NCBI GenBank assembly: GCA_951406725.2
Contig: OX597817.1
Span: 164,300,001 to 164,364,000, forward strand
Direction: 5' to 3'
Source of the DNA: Octopus vulgaris
Taxonomy: Eukaryota
Length of the DNA: 64,000 nt
Positions 55,076 through 64,000 of the stretch are shown piece after piece (positions within the stretch are counted from its first letter, which is position 1; every line of letters starts with the position of its first letter). The notes beneath the pieces were generated by a model, which did no database searches, was not told where the DNA came from, and worked only from the letters and a program-made list of their open reading frames with translations. The translations under genes and the position numbers were made by a program.

Positions 55076-55755
55076 GGATCTTTACCTTTTGATCTACAGA
55101 TTTAAAAAATAAATTTTTTGTAACTAAATACTTTCAAACTTCAGACACTGGTAGAATGTGTCATATAAAACATGTTTTACTCTTAGCATTTTTGAGAAAA
55201 ATTTATATTTAGGAAGTTATTTCATGTTAAAGTTCTCGTATTTCAGTAATTTCAACCAATCAATGACGTGTATTCAGCTGAATAAAATCACTGCTATTGT
55301 TTATCAACAACAACTATCAGCAGTGTATTTTTCGTTTCTCACTGTTATTTATGACATTGTTTGTGCATTTGTACCGGTTTTAAGGTTTTAGAGTTAGGGT
55401 TTTAGGGTTAGGATGTTAGGGTTAGGGTTTTAGGGTTAGAGCTAGGGTTAGGATTTTAGGGTTAAGCTTAAGGTTTTAGGGTTGTCATAAATAACAGTGA
55501 CAAATGAAATATACACTGCCGGAAGTTCTTGTTGACAGCAGTAATTTTATTCAGCTGAATACATGTCATTGATTGGTTGAAATTACTGAAATACGGGAAC
55601 TTTCACATGAAATAACTTCATAAATATAAGTTTTTCTCAAAAATGCTAAGAGTAAAACATGTTTTATATGACACATTCTACCAGTGTCCGAAGTTTAAAA
55701 GTGCTTAGTTACAAAAAATTATTTTTTAAATCTGTCGGTCAAAAGGTAAAGATCC
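55076..55755. mobile_element. GGATC-ended foldback element with a telomere-like core (copy D, related subfamily)
   Basis: About 280-bp inverted arms, perfect 8-bp TSD GAATTTTG, TTAGGG/TTTTAGGG array at about 55381-55482. Confidence 0.88.
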
Positions 55756-57021
55756 GAATTTTGTGTAAAATGGTCAACTCACACTAATACTTTTGTAAAA
55801 TGCTATTTAAAAGAAATGCTATGAGTTGATATACAGGATAGGAATGCTACATTATCCATGAAATATTCCAGTCACCAGTTTTTGCATTTAGATATTTTTG
55901 ATTCTACATGAGGAAAATTGTAAATTATTGGTTTATATTTGTCAATGGCAAAGTACTTCAGATAGTTATTGTCTAGCTTGAAACATTTGTTTACAACAGA
56001 CTTACAATGGCTTTTGCAAGTGACAATGGCTAGACAAAATATAGAAGCCATTACATAATTTCATAATTACGCTTATGAAAATATTGACTTTCATAAAGAA
56101 ACAGTGGTGCACAAACTATAGACTTTAACTAGCCATTAATAGTTATCTACAATAGGAGTTGAATAAGAAAGAAAAAATAATATTACATAAATTTACTGAA
56201 AGATTAGGATAAGACCTTGTACAAGAGGAACAAGCAACATGATTTCAATTTATAAGAGTAATTTTGAAAGTAAATAATTGATTTTATTTGACCAGAATAA
56301 GAGAAACCATTTCTACTTCCCTGTTAATGCCTGGTGCAGCCAATATTTGGCTAATACTGAAAAGCCATCATTGATTTTTTTTTTTTTTACAGACATTTCT
56401 CTGGTCAGATAAGTAAACATTTTCTTTTTTGTTTGCTACACATAACTCTCAACCAATGAAGTACTATTTATTCTTGAACAGGCAATCAGTTCATAATAGA
56501 TTTTGGAATCTACTGTGCTATTCATCCAAACCTTATGAATGCAATTAAGGCATAATTGTTTATTAGACAAAATAAAAATTAAATTCTTTAAATAAAAGTC
56601 ATTTTTTAGACACTGTATTACAGTAGATTCTAGCATCTATACTATATGAAGAAGTGAAGAAAGCTGTTTATTAAGTAGTTATGCGTATGTAACCTTTACT
56701 AAAATAAGCAATTATAAAAGTCTACACTATCTGCAAAATTCTTAAAAACTCCAGTTTAAATATATTTGTATTAAAGTATGGTTTTCAAGTTTATTTTATT
56801 GCAATTATTTTAATTCAATCAGAAAATTGATTTTAATTCACTGCAAGATAGCATTTTTTTAAATCTTACATGGCAAGATAGCTTTTTTGTCGTCTTATTT
56901 CTTTCATTTTCTCTTTCCATCTCTTCTTTGTTTACTGCCTTTATTCCTATAAGTCTTTCTCTTGCTCTATCTTTGTAACTTTTCCTCTCTCACTCTTATC
57001 CTCAGTTTCTTTTCTTGCAAT

Positions 57022-57073
<52 letters not shown>

Positions 57074-59029
57074 GCACTCTTAACTGTCTCTAGTCTCTAT
57101 TCAGTTATTTTCATTGAGAGTAAGTAATTACAAAGATTTTCTTTGAGATGCTCATAGAATATTTATGAAAGTTTTTACACTCTGTCTATTTATCATATCA
57201 ATATTACATAGATTTTTGTTATATCAAGTTTATTCAGTTGTGTCTGGGGAGAGTCATTCTCTTTTAGTGCCTTATTATTTAACACACTCACCGGTAAAAT
57301 TTCCACTTATTTCTTATTTTTATTTTCTAAAATTTTCGTTGCGTCTTGCAACCTTTTCAATAGTCTTGACTTTATTCAGTTATATAGAAATATGTAAACC
57401 ATGGTCCTTTGAATAATAAAAGCTTTGGATTAATTTCTGCGCTTATATTATTGACTTTGCATTTATTGTTAGGTAATATATTGATTTCATTTATCGTATT
57501 GGTTACAATGCAATATTACGATATATACTGAGTTGTTTCCGCAGAATTTTCCAATGCAACATATAGTTGCAGAAAATACTCAAAGGATGTTGCTTCTGCT
57601 TACTGTAAGAGGATTTTGCTTTTGAAATAATTTTTGTAAAAACAGTTGAAATGTAAAATTTCTCCTCCAGTTTTAACTGTGAATTTGAATTTTGATAAAA
57701 CATTTTGAGACCATCCACTACATCAATTGTACATTACAATCTATGATAATCTTTTATTAAGGTGCTTTAACTCTTTGTTACCATATTTCTAAGAGCACCA
57801 TCTGAGCATGATCATTGCCAGAGCAGCAAACTGGCTTCCATGCCGGTGGCACGTAAAAAGCACCATTCAAGCATGATCGTTACCAGCGTCAACTTATTGG
57901 CACTTGTGCCAGAGGCATGTGAAAAAACATTTAAGTGAGGTCATTGCCAGTGCCGCTGGACTGGCTCCTGTGATGGTGGCATGTAAAAAAACATCATTTG
58001 AGCGTGGCTGTTGCCAGTATGGCCTGACTGGCCCTTGTGCTGGTTGCACATAAAAGCACCCACTACACTCTCTGAGTGGTTGGCATTAGGAAGGGCATCC
58101 AGCTGTAGAAACTCTGCCAGATTAAAATGGAGCCTAGTACAGCCATCTGGTTCACCTGTCCTCAGTCAAATCGTCCAACCCATACTAGAATGGAAAGCAG
58201 ACGTTAAATGATGATGAGGAGGAGGAGGATTTCTTTTGAGATACTGTGTGTGTCTTTCAATTAATTTTAAATATAACAAAGAATTTAGTAAAATAACTTC
58301 GTTATCATTAAGCTAGCGTTAGGAACATAAATTGTGACTGAGGTTTGGCAGAAGGTTTTAATTAAGAACTTTTGAAAACAAGGCATTCGTACTACTGAGT
58401 CTGATGCACTTCCAGGTGGATTGGTATCAAAAGGGTTTAAGCCATTTTTTTTAAAGAGATTCTCAGAAGTTGAAGGCATGACTATATAGTTAAAGAGCTT
58501 TCTTTGCTACAATGTGGTTTTGAGTTCAGTCCCACTGCACAATACCTTGGGCAAAGGCCTTCTACTATAGCCCTAGGCAAACCAATGACTTGTGAGCAAA
58601 TTTGGTAGACGGAAACTGTTCATATATATCTATTTGTGTGTTTCTTTGTGTCTACTTTTGTCCCCTAAAACTGCTTAACAGTTGGTGGTGGTCAGTTTAC
58701 ATCCTTGTAACTTAGTGGTTCAGTAAATAAGGCTGATGGAATACATACCAGACTTAAAAATAAGAAATAAGTATTCAACTGAACCTATCTAGGCAGTGCT
58801 CCAACAAGGTTGCCGTCTAATTACTAAAATGAAAAAAAATAAAAGGTACATCAATAATACATTACAATTTACAACAACTTTTTATTACAGTGTTTTTAAG
58901 CAATGGTGTTTTTTTCTTTTTAAGTGATCTTCAGAAAAATATTTCATATGATTGGATTATTTCAGTATCCTGCATTTAATTACTCTTATTTATACAACCA
59001 ATTGGAAAGATGTGAAGTGATGCCATCTT

Positions 59030-59410
59030 TGAAATCTCCAGCACGCATGCGCAGAGTTGGATTCTTCTGGGAGGCCTGCCAGAAGTTCCCTCATGCGCAT
59101 GCACAGAAAACTAGCAGCAGCGAAATTTCCCTCATATCATTCTCTCGAACGCCGGCAGCTGAACAGGACAGTTGTGTTTTATCACCTCTCGCAAGCTGCT
59201 ACCTCATGGCACATCTCCAATATGCTTGAATGGACAGGATTTGGCTCACTGTGATACGCTCCTAGGCTGCCGATTTGCCCAGAAAGAAGAATGTATATAT
59301 TGCGAATCAAGAAATAAATATTTATACTGTTGAAGTTAATCAGAAGTCTTGACTCTTTCCTTCGATTAATAATTTTAATGTAAAGGATGCGAGCTGCACC
59401 CATCTAGTGT
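59030..59410. promoter_or_regulatory. CpG-retaining island with two NRF1-like motifs; candidate promoter of an unidentified transcript
   Basis: GCACGCATGCGCAG at 59041-59054 and CATGCGCATGCACA near 59092-59105 in non-repetitive-looking DNA that retains CpG amid CpG-poor flanks. Confidence 0.45.
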
Positions 59411-60132
59411 GGAGACCTCTCATCCTGTTACAAATGCTTGTTTTCTCAGGTGTGATGACCAAATTCAAACTAATATGTTTGTATGTTGCTTTTTTATAAA
59501 ATTAGTTAAGTACACCATGAAAATGGACTTTTTACTATATTCTCCATACTAAGAATTTATCTGATGTTTTAGCTGGTTTCTTATTACTAGCTTATTCTTT
59601 TAAATCTACTCATTAACCCTTTTATTGCAGATATCAGACATATTCACTCAAAAGCAGTTGTATAAATTAATCTATCTTTTGTTGAAACCATTTTTTATTG
59701 ATATAACCATGCAGGTGGCACGTAAAAAGCACCCACTACACTCTCGGAGTGATTGGCGTTAGGAAGGGCATCCAGCTGTAGAAACTCTGCCAGATCAAGA
59801 CTGGAGCCTAGTACAGCATTCTGGTTGCCAGCCCTCAGTCAAAACCGTCCAACCCATGCTAGCATGGAAAACGGACATTAAATGATGATGATGATAACAA
59901 ATTTACTGAGGCAACATGACTTGCAGAAAATACCAATTCTAGTTTTTGATAGATATTTAGCATCATAACTGGTTAATGATCTTTCTTTCAATTTCAAACA
60001 TTTTCCTGTGATTTCTGAATTTATTCCTTGTGGAAACAGGAAACTAAATCTTAATTTTTTTAAAGTGGCTTCAAGAACAAAAAATGAAATAGTTTGTGAA
60101 GAACCTCTGCTAAACACATATTTGACCTTTAA

Positions 60133-60352
60133 CCCTTTCATTACCAACCCGACTGAAACCGGCTCTAGCTCTGAGTCCAAATGTCTTGTTTTCATAAGTT
60201 TTGAATTAAAATCTTCTACCAAACTTTAGTCACAATTTATGTTCCTAACACTAGCTGAATGATAACTAAGTTATTTTACTAAATTCTTTGTTATATTTAA
60301 AGTAATTGAAAGAAACACAGAGCATCTCAAAATAAATACAGTAACGAAAGGG
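60133..60352 (+). mobile_element. piggyBac-type MITE family A (220 bp)
   Basis: TTAA-CCCTTTC...GAAAGGG-TTAA; further copies at 10766-10983, 52651-52870, 57771-58435 (interrupted, reversed) and 62626-62845. Confidence 0.88.
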
Positions 60353-61404
60353 TTAAACAGAGCAGTGAATGTACTATTAATTCTGAATCTGCTTTCAGTT
60401 AGACTTCCTAACTGCTGACCAGAGAACGTGACATCTTACAGAAAACATGACATCTTACATTCTTCTGATTGATAAATGCATTGTGCAGCTGTTTGTTCTT
60501 TGCTACTTATTATTCTGTCTTGCAATTGTCTGATAAGAAATACGGAAATATATTGTTCCATGAATTAGTACAAAACCTAATTACATTCTATTGATTTCAT
60601 ATAACTTTGCTGAAGTCCACTTAATTTCCAAATTCAAGAATCACAAAGATTGGATGGATAAAGTGTCAACCTTCTAACCAAAAAAGTGTGAATTTGTTAT
60701 GCATCACTGACATTGCTCTCAGCCTTGAAATCCTTCTGCTGCTCTACTTAACTAACAGCAAAGCAATTAAGAGATAAAGATGGGAAAGTGGGGAAGAGAT
60801 TAATTTAGTTGTGATGTACTAAACTGAGTGAAAACCGATAGGTGATTCATAGTGAGATAAGCTCTAACACTCTTAATTAGGAGAGCATGATACATTTAAT
60901 TAATCAAGACTATACCAAGTAAAAGAAGAAAAGGAAAAGACCTTTTCAACTGAGTTAATGTGTAAGAGTACCAATTAATTAATAGGTAGCTCAGTTGTCA
61001 AAACTACTGTAATATCCTCTCTTCACACAAGACTTAATTAATTGGTTATCAGATATATTAATTTCAGTCTCTTGTAATTTCCTTCTCTCAGTCACATATT
61101 TCATAACTGTAGATATTGTGGCTACCTCTTAATAAACTTCTTTAGTCACTTGATGCCTTCAAAGTAAGCATAAAGAAAGCAAAAGATAACTTAATGCTCC
61201 CTCACCTCCCAAATTGTAACAGAGCCATTTAATCTCTTGCCACAAAGATGCCCACCTCATTGAAATATTTGTAGCCACTGATCTACATCAAGGAGATTCT
61301 ACAAGAAATGCTTTTCCTGAAAAATCCTTCATATTTGCTGTCTGTTTTATTTCCAATTCCACAGTGCATACCCAAAAAATTACTCCCAAAGACACACATA
61401 CACA

Positions 61405-61487
<83 letters not shown>

Positions 61488-61590
61488 CCTTTCAATGATC
61501 ACCAGTTTGACCAAGATCAAGCCATGGCTACAAGAATCATGTTCTCTATCATGCAGCAATAGTTTTCTTGATGTTTAAAATTTTTGCAAA

Positions 61591-61982
61591 TCCATATATA
61601 TATAGATGAAGTTGTCTGCGTATGTCAGGTTTGGTAGCCTTCAACTAACACTATCTCCTCCGAGACCCTGTGGTGCAAGTTGACCAAAATTGAGAGTATG
61701 ATAGAAGAAGACTTGCTCTTCATTCCGTAGAAGATAAAATTCATATCGGACCATGTTAAGACCAAAATTTATTTACATAAAAAAGGTGCTTTTTTTTCTA
61801 TGAAAATCCCTACTTTTTACGATTTTTTTTACTGTTGTGTCACCATTTTTCGGTGTATTTCAACCAGAAAAATGATCACTTAAAGAGAATAACAAGCTAC
61901 GTAATGCAAAATTTTTACTTTTCAAAAATTCCAATTCTAAAGGGTCAAAACAAACCCGAGCAACGCCGGGCAATACTGCTAG
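61591..61982 (+). mobile_element. Non-autonomous Helitron
   Basis: 5' TC after A, 3' hairpin CCCGAGCAACGCCGGG, then CTAG before T; no TSD. Confidence 0.8.
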
Positions 61983-62129
61983 TGTAATAATACAGCCATT
62001 TATAATAGCAAAAGCTTCAACTGTATCTTGTATCAGAATACTGTCTTGACTGCCAGTCTATACGCTTTGTATTTTTCAAATCTCTTGAATTAAAAGTTTC
62101 CAGTTACTCTTCTACTGTAATATGTTCTA

Positions 62130-62520
62130 ATGGGACTCTTTTCAACCCTTACTCTATCGAATTTAGCATGCCTCTTAAGTTCAGCTATGCCTCCTGCATT
62201 TATCCTCCTATGCATTAACAACCTAGTTGTTGTCATATCTAGGAGCACTCATTCGTATGCAGATAATGCCATCTTTACTCCTGCTTCACCTTGCACACTT
62301 AGACATCATCCACATATAACCAAACTACCTCATTGCCAAATCTACACCGCTTTCCTGAAAAAGAACCTTACAAACATCATTCAAAGGGAGCATAACATGA
62401 TCTTTTTCGACAGCATAAAAACACAAACTCTACGCATGCTAATGCCCTAACCACATCCAAAAGAAGTTCATTTCACTGACTGACAAAGATGCACTAACCA
62501 ACACACAACCACTTGCTGAC
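62130..62520 (+). mobile_element. Degenerate CR1/L2/Jockey-type RT fragment
   Basis: FILLCINNL...HSYADNA resembles FxxYINDL...YADD. Confidence 0.5.
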
Positions 62521-62625
62521 ATATTCACTGTTTCTTCTCTATCCTTATTCTACTTCTACTATAATGACCTTTACTCCTTTAAATTAGCTGTATATCCCTT
62601 CACTTATGTCAGGTGGATTCTTTAA

Positions 62626-63067
62626 CCCTTTCGTTACCAACCCGGCTGAAACCGGCTCTGGCTCTTTAGTACAAATGTCTGGTTTTCAAAAGTTCTGAAT
62701 TAAAACCTTCCACCAAACCTTAGTCACAATTTATGTCCCTAACTCTAGCTTAATGATAACAATGTTATTTTACTTCATTCTTTGTTATATTAACATAATT
62801 AGAAGAAACACTGAGCATCTCAAAATAAATTCAGTAACGAAAGGGTTAACCCTTTAGTTTTTGAACCGGCTATATCCGGCCCAAATATTCTGCTCATTTT
62901 ATGCTCAAACTGGCCAGAACCAGTATCTCACACTTACCTTGCAATGTCATTCTAAAAATAAACAATTACATCTTTCAAATCTTGAAGCTACAAGATAATA
63001 CCAGATTAATTTTAAAAAATGTAAATGAATAAGGATTACTTTTGACATTAATTTGAACGCTAAAGGG
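62626..63067 (+). mobile_element. Two adjacent piggyBac-type MITEs (A: 62626-62845; B: 62850-63067) sharing one TTAA
   Basis: CCCTTT...AAAGGG termini on both; TTAA at 62622-62625 and 62846-62849. Confidence 0.85.
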
Positions 63068-64000
63068 TTTATCTCTTCTCTCTTCTCTTATCAAATTACC
63101 AGACCCTGTAGTAACATAGATAGGGGTGGGCACAAGGAGCTGACCACTCCAGGTGGTGCTTTTATGGGGCAACACTTTTGGTTCTGCTTTATAAGCTTGT
63201 ATAGACTGCATTAACCTGGAGGGCAGTGAGGAGAGTAAACTCAATGGTTGTCCCAGGTGGCACAATCTTTAGCTGTGCCATTGGTCTTAATATTTACTCT
63301 GAAGTAAAAACAAAAGTCATTCTTCCACAGAACAGCATCAGTCTGGAAATCCACACACAGTGACCTTTGATTTCCTAAGGATGGTGAAATTGGACATCAA
63401 CTACATAAATGTTCTCCATAGAAGAAGATCTGCAAAGGTCAGAGGTAACTCTCTATCCACCTCTTTTCACCAACTTATAAATATATGAAAAAAATGGTTG
63501 CAGCTCTTTCCCACTCCAGCTATTCTTGATATGTCACAGGGTGAAAGGCTAGAAAAGTTGAAAGGATACTTATGTCTTCTTGAAACTGCATAGGCACCCA
63601 AAACAATTAAGAAAAGTATGGCACATATTAGTAAGTCATTTGTGGTTGATAGTAAGCTCTTTTATACTTGTATTATGTGTATGCAAACATAGAATGACAC
63701 CAGCTGGAGCATTTTGTCTCAGAGCAACTTCTCAAAAAGACTTGTGTGTTAAAAACAGAGCTTCACTTAGAATGCCCCAGTAGACTACCAGACACAGTGT
63801 TTCAACATGATTTGGCCTCCTCAGTAATGAATACTTTAAATGTTCTAAGTCAAACCAAAATGGCTTGTGATATAAAAATCAGTGACCAAAACCTTTATAG
63901 CTTTGTGCAAATGATAGCCAGCCCAGGATGGCTAAGAAACTTATTTTTTAACCATATGGTTTTTGGGTTCACTCCCACCACACAGCACCCTGAGCATGTG

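Noticed and set aside
55381-55482. Telomeric array suggesting a chromosome fusion scar
   Set aside because: Short, degenerate and enclosed within a TIR element with a perfect TSD.
57795-58060. CRISPR-like look of repeated GGCACGTAAAAAGCACC units
   Set aside because: Eukaryotic context, the intervening sequences are homologous to each other rather than unique spacers, and there are no cas genes.
59452-59564. Possible C/D-box snoRNA (GTGATGA ... CTGA)
   Set aside because: No terminal stem or recognisable guide; such short boxes occur by chance in AT-rich DNA.
63331-63445. Candidate exon with one open frame (QHQSGNPHTVTFDFLRMVK...)
   Set aside because: No recognisable homology and no partner exons; cannot be supported without RNA data.

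Overview
AT-rich, microsatellite- and repeat-dense animal genomic DNA. The SINE, LINE and MITE families look like those of an octopus (inference from repeat types, not a database match). The only recognisable host gene is NAMPT (nicotinamide phosphoribosyltransferase) on the minus strand. Its seven coding exons (40987-40928, 21463-21233, 9694-9566, 7642-7484, 6056-5926, 3596-3368, 2328-2068) have GT-AG introns and join into 400 uninterrupted codons; the 3' exons lie left of the window. The rest is mostly transposon material: tRNA-derived SINEs, RTE, CR1/L2, CRE and Penelope-like fragments, two solo LTRs, a dead DD41D Tc1/mariner element, hAT relics, piggyBac MITEs and Helitrons. Highlights are (1) a canonical minimal type-I hammerhead ribozyme on the NAMPT sense strand in intron 1, plus a second one inside a palindrome upstream; (2) GGATC-terminated, 8-bp-TSD foldback elements carrying telomeric TTAGGG-like cores, two of which bracket NAMPT exon 1 and its promoter in inverted orientation; (3) a tandemly repeated compact pseudoknot motif in a retroposon; (4) a CpG-decay pattern consistent with gene-body methylation, and an orphan CpG-rich candidate promoter at about 59 kb. 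Most ORFs in the supplied track are repeat artefacts. All coordinates were read by eye.
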